A stretch of DNA of 64,000 nt from Eledone cirrhosa (Eukaryota), in NCBI GenBank assembly GCA_964016885.1, contig OZ024745.1, forward strand, positions 49,166,001 through 49,230,000, written 5' to 3'. Made by a program: the position numbers and the translations under genes. This document shows positions 15,883-27,300 of the stretch, piece after piece (the stretch's first letter is position 1; each line of letters begins with the position of its first letter). Below the pieces are notes generated by a model. It saw only the letters and a program-made list of their open reading frames with translations, was not told where the DNA came from and searched no databases.

Positions 15883-16061
15883 TACGTTATTCCGGGTTGA
15901 ATCGGAGGTAACCACAGTAAGTAAGGTACTCAATACATTGCAGAGTATAAAAGTTTTAATATAGATGAGATTCTACAGGACTAGAACTGTTTCATTCTTT
16001 AGAAATCATGATGATTTCTAAAGAATGAAACAGTTCTAGTCCTGTAGAATCTCATCTATAT
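15881..16061 (-). mobile_element. (TA)n-inserted short element ending in a ~100-bp perfect palindrome; second copy at 48681-48845 in opposite orientation
   Basis: Arms 15961-16009 and 16011-16059 are exact reverse complements; the same tail (gtattgagtaccttacttactgtggttacctccgattcaacccggaataacgt) occurs at 48794-48845. Confidence 0.85.
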
Positions 16062-16126
16062 ATATATATATATATATAATAGAATGAAACGAAATTTCAT
16101 TTCTCACTCTTAGTACGGCACTTACT

Positions 16127-16184
16127 TAAATGTAAGTATGTATGTATACATACATACATATATGTATACAGACGTACAGTAGCA

Positions 16185-16239
<55 letters not shown>

Positions 16240-16679
16240 GCAGGTACACATATATATATGTACGTATCAGTTTAGCGGACGTTTATTATAAGGCCCGCTT
16301 TGTCCGTTTGTAAACAAACGGACAGCCTGATTTATGCCGTACGGTGCTAAGGCAACCACGTCACCTTTTTGCTCAACACTGACACAGGAACGATGTACTA
16401 GTTTCAAGCTTATTAGCTATCATCAGCACCGTATACCCTTCTGCCAGATGGTTGAACGTTCGAAAGTATATACTTTCCATATGAAAATTAACGGCTGAGC
16501 AGCCTAATTTGCATATCGAGTGAGTTCAGTCGGCCAGGCGTACCGAAAACGATAAGTTGTAATAGAATGAAACGAACGTACGGCATAAATCAGGCTGTCC
16601 GTTTGTTTACAAACGGACAAAGCGGGCGTTATAATAAACGTCCGCTAAACTGATACGTACATATATATATGTGTACCTG

Positions 16680-16710
<31 letters not shown>

Positions 16711-16771
16711 GCATGCTACTGTACGTCTGTATACATATATGTATGTACGTATACATACATACTTACATTTA
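16127..16771. repeat. Long inverted repeat (~200-bp arms, 16127-16343 and 16577-16771) around a ~230-bp spacer
   Basis: gtacgtatcagtttagcggacgtttattataa...gatttatgccgtacg versus its reverse complement; each arm has an internal hairpin gtccgtttgt-aa-acaaacggac. Confidence 0.85.
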
Positions 16772-17013
16772 TATATATATATATCAGAATGTGGTTATAT
16801 ATATATATATATTCAGGTTTGAGGTTCACCACTGGATAGAGCTGGTCAATTCCGTATGGTCAATCTCAATGTAATAATATGGAGAGTACTCAACGTAAAG
16901 CAGTTCAACCGTCTTTGTTTTTGTAGTTGGTGGTGCTAGTACGGAGTTAAATATTATAATGAAATGACAGGAGGCTGGACTTGTGTAAATCCTTGAAAGG
17001 TTTATTATACTAG

Positions 17014-17060
17014 GATCATTTCAATGACCGGGTTCCGTATGAATCCGGTGATATCATCAG
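17014..17060 (-). ncRNA. Hammerhead-like motif in a (TA)n-inserted element (16813-17170)
   Basis: Reverse complement CUGAUGA-UAUCACCGGAUUC..GAACCCGGUCAUU-GAAA-UGAUC, followed by AATAAA. Confidence 0.6.
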
Positions 17061-17177
17061 GTGTTCGAAATATAATAAGTGAATTTAATAGATAAAATCC
17101 ATGGGGCTGAAAATCAAAGACCCGAGGACGACCGCCATCAGCATCTTCCACCTTTGCCGGCCGCCCTCAGTATGTGG

Positions 17178-17216
<39 letters not shown>

Positions 17217-17856
17217 TATGTGGTTATATATATATATACAATGTAGATATAACCACATATAATAATTGTTTCTACTTTTGGCACAAGGTCAGCAATTACC
17301 CCAGTGCGTTACTGGTACTTTATTTTATCGACCTCGTAAGGATGAAATGCAAAGTTAACCTCGGCGGGATTTGAACTCAGATCGTAAAGGGGCGTAACGC
17401 TCTGCTGCAAAGTATGGCGTCCGAGCCTCTACTGATACTGCCAAAATGTTCAATATTCAGTGTTCTGTGTTCACATTATGTTTTTGATTCTATAGAAATT
17501 ATTGTTGTAAATAAAAATGCGTTTCTCTTATAGAAGTTGTGTGCTTTATTAAGAAAACCTAATATTTCTTAAGTTTTTCATGTTATTTCAGGAATTTTTC
17601 AAATTAACTATTGGGAAATTTGATTCAGAACGTTTTTAAATATTTGCTGGGGTTACCTGGATGTGTCCACATAAATTTCTCTAAGAATAAAATAAAAATG
17701 GTCGAGATAGGGAATAGTATACCGCTTTTGAACAGAATTAAACTTCAAGGCGTTTGAGGGTCGTCTAATCGTTGTCCGATTCAGCTAAAATTTTGTTGAT
17801 TGGAACAGGATTAGGGGTGACTTTCGGAAAATTACCTATTGCTAAGGGCCACCCTA

Positions 17857-17944
<88 letters not shown>

Positions 17945-17984
17945 ATGTGTGTTTATGGTAAATACCTCATTTGGTCACGAATGA

Positions 17985-18439
17985 CTAGGGGATTTGTAAC
18001 TAGCGCGTATGTATAAATCTTATGCATTTCTACAGTATTTTCACCAAACTTAAGATATAGGTTACTCCGGATGGTCATGGGCACTTTCATTTTTCCAGAT
18101 ATTGATTATAGGGCCTCCCGGCAGATAACCCCCTTTAATCACTTCCTTGGAATCGACTGAAGCACTGCAGTGCAATGCAACAAAACGTCATAAGTTCTGG
18201 AGTTCGCAACCGATTTTCACAAAACTTGACACATGGGTTACGTTTGTCCTACAGATGAATGTGAACTCTCAGAATTGGCACATATTGAGTAGGGGACCCC
18301 TGGGGGGCAAGAACCCCCTTTTGGAAAAAGCCGATGATTTTGTAAAAGTATAGTTTTCGAAGCAGCACTGAAGTATTGACATAAATGTTATACACAACTG
18401 CTATTTAATACCCGAGCAACGCCGGCTACCTCTGCTAGT
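17985..18439 (+). mobile_element. Non-autonomous Helitron-like element (3' hairpin plus CTAGT)
   Basis: tacccgagcaacgccggctacctctgCTAGT at 18409-18439; internal ..ccgattttcacaaaacttg.. motif; 5' boundary approximate. A similar end at 21629-21661 (aaaaaccacccttcgggtggtttttctggtagt). Confidence 0.65.
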
Positions 18440-18858
18440 ATATATATATATACATATTCACATACACGCATACACATGTATATGTATATGTGTATGTATA
18501 TATATGTATGTATATATATGAATATGTAGGCAGCTGCCTAGCTGGTCTTAATGGTAACACCGGCTCTGCATGGAAACAAAAGTTGTCAGTTCCAGACGTT
18601 TCAATACTTACGATATCTTACAATAAGTGACTTGTGGCAATGGATAGTTATACAGAATAAAAAGATGACTATATTTAAACATATATGACAGCAATGAGTT
18701 TAGGTTAAGTGAATCTAGTATTCAGGTATCAAGATGTGTCGGTCGTTCACGTAAAAAGCTAACCTATCTTGAATCGACACTCATCAAAACACCCATTAAA
18801 GTGGCAGTGCTCCTGGCGCTTACAGCAGTGAGCTATTCTACGTTACATACATAGTACG

Positions 18859-19042
18859 CAGACCTGCCAACCTCTAAAAACCCAAAAGGGGAGTACCATG
18901 ATAAAAGGGCCACCAAAAGGGGAGAAATGAGGCAACATGGGGAGATTTTACATAATGAAAGCTCTGCCCATTTTCGCAAGAGAAGACATTTCTCACCCAC
19001 TCCAAAGTCGGACGGAGAGAGTTGATAGCTCTGCTTAGTCTG
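18859..19042. mobile_element. hAT-like MITE with 8-bp TSD (atagtacg); related copy at 19903-20027
   Basis: TIR cagacctgccaac / gttgacaggtctg (intact in copy 2); atagtacg at 18851-18858 and 19043-19050; shared internal sequence. Confidence 0.75.
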
Positions 19043-19615
19043 ATAGTACGTAAGTATAGATATAAAGACTGGTTCTTTATAGAATCGTCTTAGCCATAGG
19101 CATAGTACATGAAGAAGAATTAATGACGAAAATAGACAATTAGGCGATCAGCAGTTTGATTTTATATTGACTCAGCTAACTGGAATTTCCAGGCGTTTTA
19201 TGAGAAATTCATTAAAAAAAAAAAAAAAGAAAACGAAAAAAGAACCAGTAATTCTCACTTATTTCGGCAACGTCATATATTACAATAGCAGAAGCTTTGT
19301 GGGAGTGAACCAGTAGTTTTTTCAATTTTTGTTACTAGAATAAAAGTGCCCAAATCACGAGGACATCACTATTTATATTGAATTCAATATCTTTTATTCT
19401 TAATAGAAAATATTATTTCTCTAAATTCTATTGTCTTTAGATCGTTTTTCAGCCTACTACAAAAGAAATATACATAAATTGAACATAGAATTAAAATAAA
19501 ATTAAACTAAATAAAATCAAATCAAATGGTTGTTGCAGAGTGTAAATATTACAAATAACAACAATGTTTTCCTGAATTTATGTTTTCGTATCGTAGATAA
19601 AGGAACATAAACACG

Positions 19616-19687
19616 ATGTCCGATAAGAGTAAATCACATCTGGCTGACGAAGTGGATCCTTTGGCTGGCCCTGTCGATAAGTTACAG
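19616..19687 (+). CDS. Transporter coding exon 1 (MSDKSKSHLADEVDPLAGPVDKLQ)
   Basis: ATG at 19616 after an acceptor-like ttttcgtatcgtag (19596); donor CAG|gtaaga; phase 0 matches exon 2. Supported by splice signals rather than homology. Confidence 0.75.
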
Positions 19688-21838
19688 GTAAGATCCCTTT
19701 TCTTTATTATTACAAAGACATTTCAATATTTTACAATATTTTACAATATCTTAGAATACCTTACATTCTCTTACAACCTCGTGAAGTTTATTTTAGTTAA
19801 TGCTCTTAATTATGTTGGTCATATAGGACTAAATTACATTTTTTAATCAGTATCTTCAGACAGTTAACCAATATATGTTTAATTAAAATAAAAATGAAAA
19901 TGCAGACCTGCCAGAAATGAGGCAAAATGGGGAGAGCTATACCCATTTTCACAAAGGGAGACATCTCTCACTCACCCCAAAGTGGGTGGGAGATCTCCCC
20001 GTCCGAAGAGGAGAGTTGACAGGTCTGAAAATGTTGCCAAAACCAGTAATTTAAATACGGATGTACTTAAGCGACCAAAAGATCAATAACGTCTGGTGTA
20101 ACAATGATTATCCCTTGACATTGATAACGAGGGACTAGGCTGTTTATACTTTATTTTACTTTTAATGAAATATATATTGGTTAAGAGACATTTGAAAACA
20201 TTTAAATTCCCTAACAAGGCGCAGATACTTTAGAAGGGCATGTACATGAAAACTTTCCATCTCTCTCCTTAATAAATCTGGGCCCTTATATCTAGTCACA
20301 CTGAAAGCAATATTTTGTTGTTTTTAACAATTGCCATAGAGCAACAAGTGATCGCTCAGAACATTGAATCCAATATATGGTTCGATTTCTGATTAAAGGG
20401 GACGAATGCCACAAACTCCCGTTCGGCTTCTGACTGTTCGGACTTTGAGATATTTGTTCCAGTTGTCTTTGCTTTGAGTACAAATCCTTTTTAAGACGAT
20501 AAAATAAAGTACCAGTACAGAGCAGTGACTTGGGAGGCAATTGTTAGAGCATTAAACAAGGTATTTTGTGGAATTTGTTGCGATTCTGTGAGTTCCAAGT
20601 TCGAATCTTGTTGTAGCCAAATTGAGTCAAGTCTGTCACAAACAGTGAGGCTAGGTCTCCGGTTTGAGGACAGTTTCTTACCAGTTGTAGAGGTCCTAAA
20701 AAGAGTCACAGACACTGGCTTTTCCCTCCAACTGAATAATTAAAAAAATGTATTTGTGACGTCCTATGTAACTGAAAAAGTTCATATTTCAAATGAAACT
20801 ATTTTCCCGTTTGTTTTGCAACAACAACAAAACACACACACATATATATATATATGTATATACTCTTTGCATTGCTTGGACATGGAATCAATCATAATAT
20901 AATAAAGGGAGGAGTGCGGGACTGCGTCCTGAATATATTTTTTTTTATTCCGTTAGTAAAATAAGTTGGATTACTTTGAATAAATAATGAATGAATATTA
21001 CATGATTTATGTACTAAATTTCGTAGCTGTTGATTAAATATATATATTCTTATATATAATTGTTTCTACTTTTGGCACAAGGCCAGCAATTACCCAGTGC
21101 ATTACTGGTACTTTATTTTATCGACCCCGTAAGGATGAAAGGCAAAGTTTACCTCGGCGGGATTTGAACTCAAACCATAAAGGGTCGTAACTCTATGCTG
21201 CAAAGCATGACGTCCAACCCTCTACCGATACTGCCAATCCACATAATGAGTGCTTATTTTACGATTCACTTCTTTTAAAATTTTCAAATGTCTACACTTC
21301 CGGTTAGCGTCCGTTATATCATAACACTTATTACAGTGCTTACACAAACGTTCATATATTTGCATCATTATATAAGGTTTATATTTCTGTCGCTAAGTTT
21401 CTTCTTTTTCGTTTTCATAACATTTTGCCGTAATGCAGTTTATGTATAATATCGTCTTTTTTTATATGTATCATGGATTACGTTACTGATTACATAAGCG
21501 AGTGTAACACAGTCTCTCTTCAATTTCTGTGCATATTCTCAATTATGATTTTATTTGACCTATCACATCTACATGCATATATATTTGCATATAATATAAC
21601 ATCAATATGCTCACTACACATGCTAGCAAAAAACCACCCTTCGGGTGGTTTTTCTGGTAGTAATTATAATAAATTAGATGGTCCGCTAGTACTTTACCTC
21701 GTATATATTTCATAAATTTTATAGGAAGAGACGAAAGGCAAGTCGAATAAGTGAATGTGATATATCTTGGAGGGAACTGAATGTCAAAGTATTTTTGTTC
21801 GACACACCGATATTATTCATCACACACACACACACACA

Positions 21839-21880
<42 letters not shown>

Positions 21881-23038
21881 TGTGTGTGTTAATATATATA
21901 TAATTGTTTCTACTTTTGGCACAAGGCCAGCAATTATCCCAGTGTATTACTGGTACTTTATTTTATCGACCCCGTAAGGATGAAAGGCAAAATTAACCTC
22001 GGCGGTATTTGAACTCAGACCATAAAGGACCATAACTCTTTAATGGGCGCTGATGATAACACGGAGCAACAGAATTCCGAATGCCATAGTACCGAATTTT
22101 GAAATATCGGAAAAAGAGACACATTTATTTGGGGGATTTAAAATGGAATCTATTCGTGAGGCAATTTATTTACTTTAAAAATGTAAATATATATATTTTT
22201 AAATGTAAATATCGTAGATGTAACTTTATAAATACATAAAGCAAAGGGAGATAATAAAGTTCATAAGATTCGGAATTCTCATCGTTCGGCAATTTTGTGT
22301 TCGATTTGTAGTACTGAAAGATTGTAAGTTTTCAGGAATGAAACTTTTATTGACATGTTTTTAAAAGAAAAAATTAAAATGTCGTTATTCTTTATCTATA
22401 CTATTTTTCACTTTTTAAAAAAGTAAATATGTCTAGCAAAGATATAAATAAACGTCTTTCAAGAATATTTTAATTTTACTATTTAATCCTGGAATATGGC
22501 GGTCGATGCGCAGAGTATGTTGAGTGCCAGACAAAATAATTGGTAGTGTTTGGTTTTAGCTCTTTATGTTCCAGAGTCCAATTCCCGTTGAAGTTAGCTT
22601 TGCCTTTTATCCTTACGTAGTCGATAAAATAAGGTACCAGTAATGTACTGCAGTTGATTTAATCGACTTCCCCTCTCCCAAAATTATTGGCGTCATGCCT
22701 AGATCAGAAAATATCATTGTTTTCCTGGTATTTGGCAATGCATTGGCAGAATAGTTAAAGTGTAAGCCAAAATGCTTCGTAGTATTCGGTTACGACTCTT
22801 TACATACTGAGTTCAAATCCCGTCGAGGCCAACTCTGCCTTTCTGAATTCGTTAAAATAAAATGTTAGTCAAGAACTGTGGTCAATTTAATCGACTTTCC
22901 TCTCACCACAAAATGACCGCCTTTGTATTTAAAGTGGAAATCATTACATTTTTTCTTTCCTGAAGTAAATTTTCTGGTTCTCGGTTTTTCTGATTATCAT
23001 TTTCTATCTTATTACCTAATCCAAACTCATAAATTACG

Positions 23039-23092
<54 letters not shown>

Positions 23093-24258
23093 GATAAGCA
23101 TTAACAAATATAAAAGATATTAAGTTCAGATATAAGTTTTAAACAAATTGTAAATACGCAGTGAACGATATATTAAGCTATTTGATACTCTCTCTTCACA
23201 TTCCTTAGAAGAGAAAGACAATGGTAATGAAATAGTAATAATAATAAATATATGAGATAAAAATTTTAAAAAAAGAAAGGGAAGATAGAAAAAAAGGAAA
23301 TCAAAGGATAATGAAATGTAAAAGCAAACAAACCACAACAATTCAAACAGAAAATATAAAAAAAGAGAGAAAAATGGCACCCACACACATAAATAGGAAC
23401 ACACATTCCGACTACAGTTGGACAATAGTGTTAATACAAACATTCAAAAATTCACTTTCTAAAATAAAAATAGTCCTTCAGGTCTCCGTCTAAAAATAAC
23501 TGGTCGAACTCATCACAAAAGAATTTCCTTTTATATCAAACTGTCATGTAAAATACATTAGACACCCCCATGCTTAAAGAGGAATGTAATGAACATTGGA
23601 AAAGGCTGTGAATTGGTACAGGTGTTAAAGTATAGGACAAAACACCTTTTGTTATTTATTCCAGCTTTCAACGTTCTGAATTCAAATCCCACTGAGGTCA
23701 AATTTGCTTTTCATCCTTTTTGGGGACGGTAAGATAAAGTAGTAACTTAGGATGGAAGATTAACGGAATTGTTAGAACGTAGGATGAGATAAATTGTGGA
23801 ATTTATTCTATGTTCAAATCCTGTGATCTACTTGAGGGTTAGGCTTAATTTGTTGTCTGGTTTAACACCACCACCTGACCATGGATGTCATTAGCAGAGT
23901 CTATGCATGGTCATGGGTAGCACATGATCAAACATATTTTGCTGTTGTACAGTGATGGTATCCAGTAGTCTCATACCTTTCTTTCACAATGTAGGTATCG
24001 TATAGATCTGGCTTACCAAAGCCGAAATAATTGTCACTAAAGAGGCAGAGAAATCCAAGGCGTGGAGATAGTTGATATAAATTGTTCTCCGCCACCCTTG
24101 CTATATTGAAAGTGAATGTGGACAGTTTTGTTTTCCTTTGGAATGGTACACACTATAGAGTGTTTCCAAATATAGGATTGTATCCTTAAGGAGATAAAAG
24201 ATAGGAGGGAGAAAATGTGTGAGTGAGAGAGAAAGGGACAATGTCTGTGTGCGCGCGC

Positions 24259-24289
<31 letters not shown>

Positions 24290-24314
24290 TGTGTGTGTGC
24301 GTATGTGCGTGCGC

Positions 24315-24349
<35 letters not shown>

Positions 24350-27300
24350 AGGAATTCGGTGACTAACTCCGAAGAGCATAATGAAAGGAAAATTTTCAGG
24401 ACTTGTGGTGGCCTTGTTGGTTTAATACCACCCCTTGATCTATTAGTGGTTTTAGCAAAGTTTGCTCTGTTGCTAACATTCAGATCAAGCTCCCAACTAG
24501 AAATTGCTGGGACCCAATAGTGCATCGATACTTAAAAAAATTTAGAGATGTAAAAAACAAAACAAAAACAAAGCAATATTAAATCTACTGTTTAGTTCTG
24601 TCCCCTCTTCTTTAATATCTGTTGACTCCACATCTTGCCTCTTACACACAGCCATGTATCTTATTACCCTCCGATGATATCTTTTCCTAGTACTTAATTG
24701 TTGCTTATTTTTTCAACCACAGAATGATGAATCAGAATCGACCCTGGGAGGAATCATATTAATACTAATTTCAAAATCATTTAAAGGACTATCATTTTTT
24801 GCCAGCATGCAGTGAAATAAGCAAATAATATTTAAATGTGTTGGCTGAAGTGACTTACTTTTTGTTTTACTATTTTTAATGAACATTGTTTAAAATCATC
24901 TTGAATTTTTACAGGCCCCATCTCCACATCGAGGCATTTCCTACATTACAGCGAGTATATTTATCATTGGAGAAATTGCCGGAACTGGTTTGCTCACTCT
25001 TCCCAAGGCTTTAGAAGATACCGGTAAGAAGAATGCCATAAAAATAAATATAATACGATATGTGGTTAGATGGGTTCTATACGAAAACATAAGTCCCAAT
25101 GCAAAACATAAAGCAATTCTAGAGCTGTGACTCATCGTTAGTGCAGAAATACAAACTATGAGACTGGTGGTGCAGAGTAGAAGGTCCAGTCATTACACTT
25201 CTGTTAAATGAGGGCTTTCTGCCTGGAGGAACTAAAAAATCATAAGAAGAGATAGAAACAAACCTAGCAACAACAACATGTCTTGAGGTTACTATTTTAA
25301 CGACACTGCCAATTGCATCGGTTGCAGCTCTGAGACGGCCAAAACACTCTTTGTTCCTAGTGAGATTTTCGACCGTTTCAGTCCTGCAACAGATGGTGAG
25401 ACAGGCGGTGTTGTTAGAATAGTAGCCACCAGACGTCTAGGCTGCTAGGTTTTGCTTCTATCCCTGCTTGTGCTTATCTAGTTCCCTTTCCCAGTTACAA
25501 TTAGTATCACCAGGTCATCATCTTTGGAGGTGATGGAGAGAGAGAATGAGAGTGATAAACTGTGGGTTACAATACAAAAATATAAAAAAATAAATAAGAT
25601 CCATAAAAGGAAATATGAATTCCTAGAAAAGGCATGTAAGCAGGAAAAGGGAGATCCACTAAGAAGTCCACCTCCCTTTCAAAAGTCATGAAGTTCACAC
25701 TACTGAGACCATCTAACAAGAACTTGGTGGACTTCCTAAAGGAACTACGAGAAGAAAACGGAACGGAACCGGTGTTGGTTTGTGAAGAAATAAGGGCAGA
25801 TTTCAGAGAACACTCAAAAGATTGACAGCTCGTATCAATCTGTTAGCAACTCTACCTGAGCTTTCAGCAGGTCGTGATCCCCCTTCCTTCTTTCTTCAAC
25901 ATCCTAACTACTCACATGCTCGATTAGGAAGAACATTTCTGAGTGATAGAGGAATAAATATGTAGGGGGATACCCTAGTGTTTTTCATGTTTCTTTTTGA
26001 TTATATAATTTTTGTTAAAATATTGTGTTTTTATATAAATATTTATCTATTCTGTTTAATTATATAAATTTTTTAATTTATCCTTATATGTTTCATAACA
26101 TTTTTATCCCCCAATTGTTTATCCCCACACATTTTTTTTAACACCTATGTATAACGTTCTTACCGTACGTATGAAAGGTCGTTCGTGCAATAAATAAAGG
26201 AAAGATTATCATATTTTTTATTAATATATCATTACATTTGTTTTGTCATCTTTGTTAACAACATTAATGTCATCGTCACCATTGCAGGATGGATCGGAAT
26301 ACTAGTTATCGCTGTAGGATGTGCTTTATCAACATTTACTGGTGTGACTTTATCAAAGAACTGGTGTATACTACAAGAGAGATACGCGGATTATATAGAA
26401 AATAGCCAGCATCCTTATCCAACCTTAGGACAGATAACGTTCGGCAAATTTGGCAGGTAATCAGAAGCACATGTTATATTATTGATTTTTGACATTGGTA
26501 AAAGTATCATATTTCGTGTGGAAGGGTATTGCCTATTAAATCAAAACTAAACTGGTACTTCTGGTATTTCTACATCCTAAGTTAAAATCTTGCTTCAGCT
26601 TATTTACTTTCGAAATCAATTCATCCTGATCGATTTGCACGAATATACACCTTTACTATAAATCATGTCAAGAGACTATTGTATAACATCATTATTGTTT
26701 CTAGCAAGGACAAAAATTAGTTGATTAAATTGACCCCCAGTACTTGACTGATACTATATTATATCGACACAGTAGGGATGAAAAGGAAAGATGACTGCGT
26801 CAGGATTTGAAAACAGAACGTCAAGGACTGTAACTCAATACTATACCAGTAAGGAATGTGAAGTCTATAACATATAAACAGGCAAATGATATACATAACG
26901 TCGAGTGCTTTTGCGTATTGCATGACGATTTGTTAATTAGAATGACTGGATCACAAACCCAGCTACCTATTAGTTAAACCATACAACGTAAGCGATATCT
27001 ATATATCTATATATATATCGGAGTGAGTATTCACTGTTAGGCACGTACAGAAAACAACGAAATATATACATACTGGCATGTTTTGAAACAGTATAAACAG
27101 ACATGCCTGTTCAATAATGTAAGTCTTCACAGAACATACACACACATACATATATATATATACACACACACATACATTATATAACACCAACCTACACACA
27201 CATACTGAGATATACGGTTTATTTTAAGGAAATTTTAGAACTGTGCAAATCTTTCAGGCATGTGAGAAGCATTTTAAAAGGTTATTTTAAACATATTTTA

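Noticed and set aside
21629-21655. Rho-independent terminator-like hairpin plus T run
   Set aside because: Eukaryotic intron; better explained as a Helitron-type 3' hairpin
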